A stretch of DNA of 64,000 bases from Tricharina praecox (lineage: Eukaryota), in the NCBI RefSeq assembly GCF_024521635.1, contig NW_026250411.1, forward strand, positions 1 through 64,000. The letters run 5' to 3'. Position numbers and translations under genes: made by a program. Numbering within the stretch: position 1 is the stretch's first letter; each line of letters begins with the position of its first letter. Of this stretch, positions 49,336 through 60,987 are shown one piece after another. The notes under the pieces were generated by a model. The model saw only the letters and a program-made list of their open reading frames with translations, had not been told where the DNA came from and ran no database searches.

Positions 49336-50974
49336 ATGTCTCTCCAGCACACGTCCCTCAACGCAACCCTGACACCCGTCCGTGTATCCACGGCCCCGGA
49401 TATCGTCCAGTACCGGAACATCAAGTTCGCGTCTATCTCGGAGCGGCTCACACATTCGAAGTCGATCAATGACTGGAACGGCGCCTCGATTGGATCTGAG
49501 AAGCATGGGTACGTATTCGCTGATGCTTACATGGCGGCTACTACATACATGCTGACGAGGAACGAAACAGCCCCCGATGTCCGCAGGTATACTACGACCT
49601 GAATACCCTTTTCAGAATCCCCGCCGAGCAAGCCCCTAGCTGGGTGGAGCCCGAGGATGAATTCGAGTGCTTGAACCTTCACGTCACGGTCCCTGCCGGC
49701 GTAAAGGCGGGGGACAACGTGCCGGTCCTGATGTGGCTGCACGGTGGTAGCTTGGTAGCTTCCTGTTGCGGAGCGAAGTCGGGGGTGAATGGTGAACCGA
49801 CCCATCCACTTTCCTCGGACCGGGGCAGCTAATGGCATGTAAAAGATCCCACAAAGCTGGTTGCAAAATCGGTTGAAGACGGCACACCGATCATCTTCGT
49901 CGCGATCAATTACCGCCTCGGATTCCTCGGGTTCGCACACATCGACGACGAACTCACAAATTTCGGACTGTTTGATCAGAAGCATGCCATTGAATGGGTT
50001 CACCGGCACATTCACGGCTTCGGTGGAGATGCGGTATGGCACTGCTCGTTTCGTCTTTTCCGTTCCGTGTACATACTGATGGGATCCAGAGCAACATCAC
50101 ACTCGGTGGCGAAAGCGCAGGCGCTATAGCGACGCACTTTCACACGCTTTCCGCACATTCGTCGCTTCTCAAGCGCGTTATCCTGCAGTCCGGCACCGCC
50201 ACAACCATTCCGGCACAGCCCGTACCCGTGGGAGAGTTTTTCAGGAACAAGCTCTTTGCCGAGCTCTCGGTTTCCAACATCGACGAGTTCAGGAAACTGG
50301 AAGCGACAGAAATTTGCCGTGCGCAACAAGCGATCGGCGTCAACACAATATTCCCCGTTGCAACCGGGAGCTTCTGGAGCAAGGAGCCGTGGCGAGGTGA
50401 AGTCCTGATTGGCGATGTCGAGAAGGAATACAGTCTTTTCACGACAGGCATCACATCACTGTCCGCCCCCGCCATTGAATTTCCGGACGTTCCAGCCTCC
50501 AAGGCAATCCTTGACGGATACGGCAACAACCTTGACGGAGTACTCAAATTCTCCGGAGATGCGAAGTTCAACTACCATACGGAAATGTACCACCGCGAAT
50601 TCCTCCGCGACTCGCCAAAGACGTACCGTTACCTCTTCGACGCTCCAAACCCGTTTGTACCCGAGCTCGGCGCACATCACGCGGTCGACTTGCTGTACCT
50701 CTTTGGAGGTGTGCAGCTATCGGCGAGGCAAGAAGCACTCGGTGACGCGATGCGCCGTATATGGGTTCGGTTTGTGGCTGGCGTTGAACCGTGGAACAAG
50801 GAGGGCCTCGAGAAAGTGCTCGTCATCGATGCGGATGGATGTAGAGTCAGGGATGCGGAGGAAGTGAAGAAGAGAAGAAATGCGGAGCAGTGGAAGGTTT
50901 TGGAGGAACTGGGGTGGGAGGCTGTTTCAAAGGTTATTGGAGAGGTGGTGAGGGGGAAGATCAGGTTTGAGTAG
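49336..50974 (+). CDS. Type-B carboxylesterase (488 aa), no signal peptide, 3 introns
   Basis: join(49336..49508,49571..49791,49846..50033,50090..50974). GPRCPQ, ECLNL, WLHGG, INYRLGFLGF, GESAG, HHAVDL. The second donor (GTGAAC) is less certain. Confidence 0.9.
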
Positions 50975-51389
50975 GAATACGAAAAAAACGGGTTTACATA
51001 GAAAGGAGGGGCTTTTCTATAGTACAGTATCATTCCAGGATGTGTTCGATAAATAGTCACAGACAAGAGAATACACCTCTTGTAAACCCGTGAGCAGTAG
51101 CGAATATCATTATCTCTCACTCACTCTCCGAGCAACTATCCGAGTTCTCTCTGATCTCGCCATAGGTAGTCCCGATGGGCTGCGTGCGAGAAGTAAAGAA
51201 ATAACAAAAACATCCGAGCCCCTTCTTCGCTGACGAGAGGGCATACCTGGACTTTCTGCGGTCCACCGACGTCAGACTCAGGGCGGCAGGTGACATGGAG
51301 GCGGCCAGCGGTCGGGCGCGCCGTCCAAACCGGGCAGACAGGATGACGGCGAGGTGGAAGACCGACTTTCTGGCTCGACTGGGGAGGGA

Positions 51390-51414
51390 GGGGGGGGGGG
51401 GGGGGGGGGGGGGG
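51390..51414. repeat. Poly-G run (25 nt)
   Basis: Homopolymer. Confidence 0.95.
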
Positions 51415-51419
51415 TTCGT

Positions 51420-54400
51420 CTAGGGAGACGAAAGGGAGGAATAAGGTGAGTAGTATGTAGATGGACGGGCAACGTTGACGGCTCTACCTACCACACTCTC
51501 GACGCCGACGATTCTTCCACACTCTCCACGTCGGCCTCTATGTACTCTACCTATTGAGGGCCTCAAAGGGACGAGCAGGACCTGACACGCCCGGGGCGTA
51601 CCAGAGGGCTGTGTCCAGCCTGGCCAACTGTGGGACTCGAGCGGGACCAGTTTCCGGAAGTATGGGGCGGCCCGCCCAGGTTGTGGGACCTGACTGGTGC
51701 CTGGGTGGACACGACTAGAACTTGAGTGGACTTGGGCAAACTTGGGCAGACTTGGGTGGACTTCTCTATTTTGCGGCTGGACTTTCACAGACCTGTTGCG
51801 ACCTGTTGTTTTTGTAGTGATCATTTCTGCTTGTTTACATGGTCGTCGACGGTCGAGCCCGACCTGATACGGTCAGTCGGCCAAACTTTGGGGTTTGGCC
51901 ACTCTCTCTTATTTAAAGGTCGGGCTAGCCGCTCTCTTCTCTTCTTCTTCTTCTTCTTCTTCTGTATCGGTACGTTAACTTTTCTTTGAAGTGCTCTGTG
52001 TTGCTGCTGTTTTCTACAATTGATCAATCTCTCTTTTCTATAACCCCACCGGTGGGCCCTCGTTATTATACTGTCGACACCGACAACTTTACCACACTCT
52101 CCGCCCTCCTCTGTCTCGACCCCTCCACACTCTCCCCTATCGCCACTCCCGACATAAAATTGGGGCCTGGCAAGGTACGATGATTCTACTAAACTTCCGG
52201 TTCCACCTATCCGAGGCCGCTGACTTGGTGTCCGTAGCCTACAAATCGTTAGCACCGTTCCAACACCAGCGAGGTCACCACAGCCTATCGACCAAAGACT
52301 TCCCTTCAGGTCTGGCAGGGTACGTTCATTCCACTAAACCTCCCGTTCCACCTGTCCGAGGCCGCTGACCAGGTGTCTGCAGCCCCCTTTGCGCTTCCTG
52401 TCACCCAAATCCCTGTAGAGGGCGCGGGTTCTTGCGTTACATGAGCGATCACTCGCATCGCTCGGACGATCACTCGTTATGATTACTCAGCGTCGCTAGC
52501 TACTGTGGGCCATAGTTATCTTGTCTTGTCGTCTTGTTCGTCTTGTCTGATCCTTGGCCGTGGACCTTTGAGAGACTTGTCGCCAAGACGCAAGAGCAGG
52601 GGCGTGTGTTGTGTCCGACCGGGGTAGACTCGTTAGTTTTGCTCGCACATTTCGTCTTTGTTTTGATCGTTATTGTCGGTTTAGGCGGTGTTGTGTCAGT
52701 AGAAAGTGCTAGCCTCACCGTCTCTGGCGTAGAAGGGGTCGCCGCGCTAGTGACCTCTTGCACTATTTAAGAGGGGGGTGGTCCGCACTTTGCTTCTCTT
52801 TTCTTTCTTTCTTTTCCTCGCTTTCTGGACTTGTTATACGCAGTAGTAGGGTCAATTTACTTGGTGTTCTTTTACTAGTATGTGATCTCTATAGTAGTGT
52901 CTGCTTGCCTCCTCCCTAGATTCCACGGGGAGGGTCTTTAGTGTGTCTCTGGTTCGTGACTCCTGGACTCGACAGGAGTGTCTCTCTAGTGTGCTTCCTA
53001 GGACGCTTGTGTCCTATTCCCGTTCTCTCTTTGGCACGTTTGCCGGAACCCCTACTTTTCTGTCCTCTCGGATAGACCCTCTTGTGACTTGCTTTCCTAC
53101 CTTCGACTTTTCCGTCCCCCTCTTTTGCCTAGGAGCCGTCCCCCTCTCTAGTGCCTCACTACCAGTATATAGTCGTTCTTTGTAGCTAGCTAGATCACTA
53201 TCATTCTCATCATACGCTACGTTCCCGTCTACGATACTCCGTCTACGTGACACTTCCTGGCCTAGTCCCCAAACCTACTTGTTGAGAGGCACGGAGATAG
53301 TTTAACTCGAATATGATGTTTTGTACGAGAGTTGCTCCTTCAATTGTTCAGTACAATGTGGTTGAGAAAGTCATGTCTACGGGTGAACTTGAGCTTGGGG
53401 GATGTAGAGGGCAGTGAGAAGGGTGGAAATCTGGCGGATGCAGAGGGCAGTGAGAAGGGTGGAAATTCGGCGGAGCGGTGGAGAAGAGTGGAAGTTTCGC
53501 GGAAACTGGTGGATTTGCGACTGCGGCTACGATACAATACTACGACGAGGGCGAAGACGACCGTTTACAACAAGACTTTCGAGAATCAGTATCGGTTTAT
53601 ACATAACCAATACTTTCCACGGATCCACTAGGCTCGACTACCCCTCAACCCCGCGAAGAGCCAATTTTTCATACTTAAAATCGACATTGAGTGAGCGCAT
53701 GCAAGCGTACCACATGATACGTGGACTTCCGGAGCTGGTGAGTATTCCGCCAGCGGAAGCCGTCCCGTCGAGATCAGTCGCTGTTCCGGAGGCAGAGGTA
53801 ACTTCACCTCACTCGGATACGGAAACACTTGTAGGATTACGGCCGGGAGAGCAGAAGCTGTCAACCTTTCGGAACTACCCTACCCCACGTGACGAGAAGG
53901 AGTTCAATCGGTTCATGTATGACGGCTTACTTCTTCCGGTTCTTTTCCGGCTTATTTGCTTCTTTTTGACGGTTCTTGCTTACTTGCTTACTTGATTTCT
54001 TGCTTTTCTTCTTGTTCGAGAGTGGTTCCGTTCGCTTATTAGATAGATATTGTTGGCGAGAGAAGAACATGTCATGGGGATGGATGTTGAAGGCGGATAT
54101 GAAGATGATGAAGCGGGGGTTTGGTGTTTGCGAGAGCGGTTATACGTGAGGTGACTGTCGAGGGCGATCATGTGAGTGGTGAGGATGTTGAGGATGTTGA
54201 GAAGAGCGAGGATGTTGAGAAGAGCGAGGATGCTGAGAAGAGCGGGGACGAGGATGGGATTGGGAAGGACGAGGATGGGCCCGCTGCTGCGGTTCAGAAC
54301 CGCGAGGGGCCGGATCAGATCCAGGAAGCTTTCGGAGAAGCACTGGATTTCCCGACGGAATGGAGGCCCATTTCCAGCTTGCGGGACATCGATACGCCAC

Positions 54401-54790
54401 AGGGAGACATCCCACAATAGGTATATAGAGTAGCGATGTGGGACGCAGCTGGAACTGACGTCTTGGCACCATTTTCGATCCTTGGCTGCGGACCTTGGGA
54501 GGATTTGTTGCCAAGATGTTTGGACCGGCTGTCGTACCTGGGGCTGTAGGGGGGGACCTGTTTTTGTTTTGCTCATCGATTCTGTTTTGTTTTGGTCGCT
54601 CGTGTGCTTCTTGACGGTTGTACGACGATGAGGCGGCGGCCAAAGTTGGCCGACCTGTTATATTTCTTCCGGAGAAGGGCCGCACTTTTCTTAAGGCCGT
54701 GTATCGCTCATCATCCATCATCACTTTTCTTAGGGGTCGTCTGTTCATAACTTGATTTCTTTGCTGCTTGCTTTCTTCAGTCTAGTTCCT
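51420..54790. mobile_element. Degenerate retroelement debris (probable Ty3/gypsy fragments) with internal duplications
   Basis: At 53830-53920 (+), GLRPGEQKLSTFRNYPTPRDEKEFNRFM resembles the gypsy RT-RNaseH linker. Stop-riddled frames at 52500-53260; local duplications (52195/52340, 36-bp at 53401, 18-bp at 54181). Boundaries are uncertain. Confidence 0.4.
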
Positions 54791-56001
54791 CTTTGCTTTC
54801 TTTGAGTGTGCCTCTTTTAATAGTTTTGACGATTACTACAATACTGCGGCTTTAATACAGACTCAAGCATCACCACCTTTTTGTTATATCATGTACTTAC
54901 ATAGGCGGAGGGGCATGCCGGGAATTGGGCCGCTGCCTCCGAGCCGGTATGTACTCTACCTACCTACCTACCTCAGTGCGCTCGCCGTGATCCTAATAGG
55001 TGGCGTATAACATGAAGGAAATATAATAATATCAGAGTTCGCTCTGGTGATCGCATCACGGCTATGGAGGATGGAGTTGTATTGGATGCCTGGAGACTGG
55101 AGTACGGCATGTGCTGTGCTTTTCCTTTGGAACAAGGGTTATCTTGCGATTCCGCTGCGTCAACTCCGCTTTACCTCGCGAAGTGCCTAGGCATAACTAC
55201 GGTACATGCAGCTGCCTACCGTAGGTAGGAAATGACTGTTGCGATCAGGAAGGGCCCATGAGGACAAATCAAACAGACAGACAGCTCCCCACGGCAGTAG
55301 GCGAGGGCGAATTTGAAACAAGAATTAGCTATTAACTAGTCGCGGCGGTGATCTGCGTTGGACTTGGCCAGCTGGATGGCAGAAAGGAGTCGGCCATCGG
55401 CGAATCTCTCACGATAGGAAGTAAGATGTATGTGATCCCCCTGTTGGTTTCAGCAGTTCAAGCTCATGATATTATTATAATCTCAGATATACGAACCTTG
55501 TCGAGTGGCTACCTACTTCGATCTCCCGCGCGCCGGGCAGCCTGACGACGAAGAATCTGCCGTTCGGATGGCTGGAGCACCTTCTATATACCGCACGGCC
55601 AATCCCAGACGTCGTGCAACATTCGCTTCGACGTTTCTCCAACTTCCGTTATGTTGGTACCGAGGTCGCGTCGTCTCCCATGCTGTCAACTTTCAAGGCC
55701 CTGGGCATTCCTCAGGCGCCACAGGTGATTCGCCACGTGGTTGGAGCCCGGGGTAGGAAAAGCTCCCTTTTCTGTGGCTCCAAGTACCCACATGGGGTAT
55801 GGTTCCAACAGGCGAGTTTTGCGGATGCGGGCGTGGGGAAATCATCGGCGGGATGTACTTTATGTGTGCATAACGATATCGTGCGAATTGTTCATAGTGG
55901 ACTGCGGTCCCTCCGCCTGAAGTACATGCACATTTCTCACGACCTTCGCGGCCGGATATCAATTACATACCACTCGTCAGCCGTAGGTATCAACCAGATC
56001 C

Positions 56002-57199
56002 ATGAGTCAACTACCGGAGACGGGCGGCCCACACCCCTCTCCTCAACAGGTCATCGCGATAAAAGGCTTGTCCGCCATCCTGATGTCGATGTGCTTCGTT
56101 CTGCGGTACTCCATCCACCGAAAGCTGCCGCAAAACTTCAATACGCGGCTATGCAATCTCCTCATCGCGGGCGCGATTGTACTCGACATGGGGAGTTCCG
56201 TCTCTTCTATATGGGTCATGACGGAGGAAATAAAAGAGCCATATCGATTCCAGGTGTGGGGTTTGACCGAGAAAGTCCGCAAGGTCCGTCCGTCCTCCGT
56301 CCATTGATTTCCTGGAAGAATCCGTGTTGATGATCGAAGGCCCTCTATGCTACCCACACCCTCTATTTCCTCTCTCTTGCGTTCATCAAGGGTGCTTACT
56401 TGGTCTACTTTGCCGAACTCGCCAGAGGCGCCGTTCACAGTCGCAAACGGTATCTTTCACACATCGCAGCTGCAATCTACATCTCCACCACGTTTGTCGG
56501 TCTATTCATGCTGTTGCTGTGGTGCCGTACGTACTCCCCCCACCATTGACCACACGTGGCTCCTGCTAATCCCAAGTATGTACGACAGGACCATTCTACC
56601 ACAACTATCGCGGCATAACCTTCAAAAACTACCTGCAATGTCCAAGCCAATACAACCGAACCGTCTTCATCACGACGAGCGTTCTCAACATCATCTCTGA
56701 CCTGGCGATCCTAGCGGTGCCATTCACTTTGATCACGACACTATTCCGCTTCGAAAGCTCGCGCTGCTTCAAGCGCGCGGCGCTGCTGTTCGTCTTTGCC
56801 GTCGGCGTCCTCAGCATCGTGGCTACCGCCGTCCGCATGGCAGTCATCCTCGGAAACTTGGACAGCTTCGGACTGCTCCCCTGGGGGCTGATGCGCACTG
56901 CTATGGTGCTGTCACATGTCGAGGTGTTTGCCGCTATCCTTGCGATCACACTGCCCAGCGTCGGAAAGGTCGTAGCAGTGGCGGTCGGCGCGGTAAGGGG
57001 GAGGATCGGCAGTAGAAGCAGTGCCGGCGGCAACGGGGATGCTAATTTTGGGTCGGGCAGCGGTGCGATCCATGGATCGCCGCCGCGAAGACCGGTGCAC
57101 CTCTCGGAGGTGGAGCTAGTTAGTCGGATACATAAGGATGGGGATGTGCTGGTGAGGCGGACGGAGGTGACGAGCTTGGGAGGTGGGAATAGCAGATAG
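56002..57199 (+). CDS. PTH11-like (fungal rhodopsin domain) membrane receptor, no CFEM (359 aa), 2 introns
   Basis: join(56002..56283,56340..56526,56589..57199). About seven hydrophobic segments, LAFIKG, LLWCRP, NIISDLAILAVP, EVFAAILAITLP. Confidence 0.85.
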
Positions 57200-57951
57200 G
57201 TATGATAGCACATATAGGAGTCGAGACCGTACACGTCGTATGTACGATTGATTGGGTACTTTACGGTAATGGGGTTTTGGCGTTAAAGGATCTTTTCCCA
57301 GCGGGGTAATGACTGGATGGACATATCAATGGGTTTTGGTATCATGGCTCGGTCTGCTTGTATTTTTATTCAATTTGCTGGGTGATTAGGGTGAATATTA
57401 CCGATTATTGATACCTACCGTAGTGGACCGTCTATGGCAGCCTTCTCAAACACCCGCGGTCCAACAGCCGGGCACGCCTGGCTATTTTCAAGCACGGCCA
57501 GTCGGGCTGGCGGGCTTTAGCGAAGACTGGCTTGTACCGTACTCTATAGAGCACCTACCATAATATGTAGTAGGTAAACTTGGGCTGGAAGCTTCTCTAC
57601 GCACTACCTACTTTGTATCCACCGGTGCGGCACTCCCCAGCCCTCAACTTACCTTCTCCCTTCTCTCCATCTCCTGCTCTCTCTTCCTACATATCCTCGG
57701 AGATATCTCGCTGGATTGTCGTTCACATGTAGAGTACGGTAGCAAGCGCCCCCACCCTCGGTCAAAAAAAAACATGCTTGTTCCCGGTCCCCCCACATCG
57801 GCCGGTTTATCCTTTCAGGACCCTTCCAGGCAACGCCAATTTTTCGCGATGGGCGGCGACGGCGGTCAAGACGTCCGACGTCCGACTCCCGACCCACACC
57901 GTCCAACTAGTCGCCGACAACTGTGGAGTGTGCCCTACCTAAGCGATGCAG

Positions 57952-57991
57952 CTACAGCAAAAACGCTGCTTCTACAGCAAAAACGCTGCTT
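57952..57991. repeat. 20-bp tandem duplication
   Basis: CTACAGCAAAAACGCTGCTT x2. Confidence 0.9.
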
Positions 57992-59260
57992 AAGAGGTAG
58001 GATTTGGTTTTTTTTAGGGGAATGGCCTGTGCGTTAAGCGCGGGCAAGCCTCCCCGCCAGAGGCGTCGGTACGTACGTCCAATTATTGGAGGTCGCGAAA
58101 CATATCTACTGATCCGTGAAGAAGAAGAAGAAGGGCTGCACTCTCCTCACTGACACCGGCGTCTTGGCCCCCTACTTTGCTTCGGCTTTCGCTTCGCCGC
58201 ATGCCTATTCTGTTCTCATACGCCATGTTTCCTGTCAAAGAAGGCAACTGCCGACCTACATACTGCCTGTTATGCGAGACGTCAGCTCCCACAGCGCTGG
58301 GGTCTATGTACGCGACGCAGCCCCCAAGACACGCGAAAATGGGAATGGGAATGGTTTCAACTCGGGCTTTTGCGAAGGATCTGGATGGGACCGCAGGTTC
58401 TCGAGGTTCTCTGCGAAACAAACATCAATCTGCCCTACGATCGTACTTATCTCCGTTTCGGCATCAGTCGATTTACAGTACCTATATCCCACTGTACTTC
58501 GTACGTATTACTTTGCGGTGGCGAGTAGGATGGCTCGAACTCAACTACATACCCCGCAGCCGCTGATTTATTAGGTCATCCTCGATTCACCGGGACGGGA
58601 TCAGTGACAGCTGCCAGATCAAGGAGTTGACACTCGTATGTAAATTCTTCAGGAGTTCACCCGTCACAAATCCCCCTGCTTACGGAGACCGAGCTTGTCC
58701 AGAGGGCCAGAGTAGATCTTGGCCACACACACTCTAGTGGGGCCGATGTCGAGATGGATACCTCTAATAGGAAAGCACGTTCTGCCTTAACGGCGATGAA
58801 GGCATGTAAGTACATACGGTGACTATCGACTCCCGAGGACCATTGACTTGGAGATCATCACTGGTATCCTGGCTTGTGCATAATTTCCCAGGGGATAGCG
58901 ACGTTAGATGTCCAGAAAGTTATGGGCTGATATTGCTGGCCCGCGAATCCGTCCGTCCAAGTTGCGCTTAGTGATGTCCTCCTTATCGCCGAATCCCATG
59001 CTATAGCCATCGCCTCCACGATACATATTGCCAACGGAATGTCCCTCGAGCTGAAGAAGTTATCGCGGCAAATCAAGCACCAACAGCTACTTAGATAAGT
59101 TCCGGTGCCCGGCGAAAATCACTGTATCGGATCCAACGCAACACAGCACTGTGCGTCCCGCCCCTCCCCTCCGAAACATAATATCGTCCTACCCCCCTCC
59201 ATCCAGGCAGTCCGTTCGACTGTCGTCATATGGAGTAGTACTGTTCTCGATGCAGTGGCT

Positions 59261-60427
59261 ATGGATACCTCACCACAGCAAGTTATCGGCCTGAAGCTGT
59301 CGTCTTCTGTTCTATCCTCTACCTGCGTCTTTTTCCGCTTCTTTATCCTCTACCGCTACCACCCGCCCACGATCCGCGTTACGATCTGCCATGTTCTTCT
59401 TTTCTTCACGTGCTTGTTCGACTGGACTGCTTGCGGACTCTCCGTGTGGACCCTGCGACAAGAGATCAATGACCCGGTTACCTTCGCCGCCTGGGGCTTC
59501 GGCGTCTCGGTCCGTAAAGCCACCTTCGGGAGTGCACTGAGTTACAACTTCGCGCTCGCCACGGTCAAGTTCGCCTGGCTCGTCTACTTCTCGGAGCTAC
59601 TAGTGGGCCTACACACGCGCAAGCGCTGGCTGCTGCACCTCGCCGTAGTGATCTGGATCCTCTCCAGCGCATCGACGATACTACTGCAGCTCCTATGGTG
59701 TCGCCCGCTCAGCGACAACTGGCGTCTCCACAACCATGACTGTCCCGCGCACACCAACCACATAGTATTCGTCGTCACGTCGAGTGTCAACATCGTCTGC
59801 GACGTCGCAATCATCTCGGTTCCCCTAGCCGTAATCGGCTCGCTGAAATTCCGGCGGACACGATTACAGCTCACGGGGCTACTGTTCGTCTTCTGCGTCG
59901 GCGCGCTCTCCCTCGTGGCGACGACCGTGCGCCTGGCCGTTGTCCAGCTGGGCATCCTGCCTGGCGGGGGCGTGCCGTGGAGCATCATCCGGTGGGCGAT
60001 GATGTGGTCGCACATCGAGGTGTTCGCGGCGATCCTGGCGTTCACGCTTCCGAGCTTGGGGTGGGCGCTGGGGCGCGTCAGGGCCGAGATGCGACGGTTG
60101 TGGGCGTCGCCGCTGCCGGCGGAACATGCAGGTGGGCCGACTCAGCTAGCGGGAAGGAGGAGTAACAGTGCCGTCTTGGGATCCTTGGCGGCTGCGGGCG
60201 AGGTCTGGGTCAGCTCGGAGACGGATCTGGTTGCTGGTGGTGGAGGTGGCAGGGCTCCCCCTCGCCACCAGAAGGAGGAGTTTATATGTTTGGAGGCGAG
60301 GATGGAGGAAGGCGGGAGAACGTCTCGCCAGCAGAAGGGAGAGTTTATTTGTTTGGAGTCGAGGACGGAGGAAGATAGCGATTCGGGGGATGATGATGGG
60401 GATGCGGATGGTGGTGGTCGGAAGTGA
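59261..60427 (+). CDS. PTH11-like (fungal rhodopsin domain) membrane receptor, intronless (388 aa)
   Basis: ORF from ATG 59261. LATVKFA, LLWCRPLSDNW, NIVCDVAIISVP, EVFAAILAFTLP. Clear paralog of 56002-57199. Confidence 0.9.
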   Translation: MDTSPQQVIGLKLSSSVLSSTCVFFRFFILYRYHPPTIRVTICHVLLFFTCLFDWTACGLSVWTLRQEINDPVTFAAWGFGVSVRKATFGSALSYNFALATVKFAWLVYFSELLVGLHTRKRWLLHLAVVIWILSSASTILLQLLWCRPLSDNWRLHNHDCPAHTNHIVFVVTSSVNIVCDVAIISVPLAVIGSLKFRRTRLQLTGLLFVFCVGALSLVATTVRLAVVQLGILPGGGVPWSIIRWAMMWSHIEVFAAILAFTLPSLGWALGRVRAEMRRLWASPLPAEHAGGPTQLAGRRSNSAVLGSLAAAGEVWVSSETDLVAGGGGGRAPPRHQKEEFICLEARMEEGGRTSRQQKGEFICLESRTEEDSDSGDDDGDADGGGRK

Positions 60428-60839
60428 AGCCGGTGATGGGAGGGGAAAATTATCATGGCCTCGCTCGGCATCGGTCTCGATGGTCGGAGAGCTCAGCTCG
60501 GCCAGTTCAGTCTTCTGGCAGCACATATCTTGGGCAGCTTTTCATGGTTTCCCATGATCCCTAGGAAAGCTATTAGATGCGTTGGCTGTCGGTCCGTGAC
60601 TTTATCAGCACACGGGGCACCAACTTCTGGTCTCCACGTAAAGCCGCGAGCGAGAAATGGGCGACGCAGATGATAGGACGAAAAGGTTTCGTTTTGGTTG
60701 GATGTCGAATAACCTGCCAGCCTCGCCGTAGTTAACGCGCTGTCTTTATCATTCGCCCAACGAAGACATCGTTATGGCTGAGCTTATCCGTCGCGGGGCC
60801 CCCACCACTGTATAGAGATCGAATTCATTATTCCAGCAC

Positions 60840-60987
60840 GGAAAAACCCCCGCGTAGTCCAGTAGTTGAGACATGCAATCGGTGAGGGGAATTGAGGAAA
60901 GGTTCCTGGTTCAAGCCCGGGTGAAAGACTTCCAGAATTAGCTCTTAGGGTTTCCAAGCCACCCGCCGGGGTTGGGGATGGTTTTTT
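60840..60987 (+). ncRNA. tRNA-like Pol III element (tRNA-derived SINE, pseudo-tRNA or ncRNA)
   Basis: A-box-like TAGTCCAGTAG 60855-60865, T arm CCTGG-TTCAAGC-CCGGG (B box 60908-60918), T6 at 60982-60987. No acceptor stem. Confidence 0.5.

Noticed and set aside
15623..50974. Recent segmental duplication of the SDR/esterase pair
   Set aside because: Proteins are strongly diverged, with different intron positions and orientation; any relationship is ancient.
52400..52441. LTR boundary (TGTAACG on the minus strand)
   Set aside because: No second LTR copy, PBS, adjacent PPT or TSD found.
55505..55960. Possible gene remnants upstream of the receptors (also 58858-59100, 23795-24511, 48479-48963)
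   Set aside because: Short protein-like stretches without an identifiable family or gene model.
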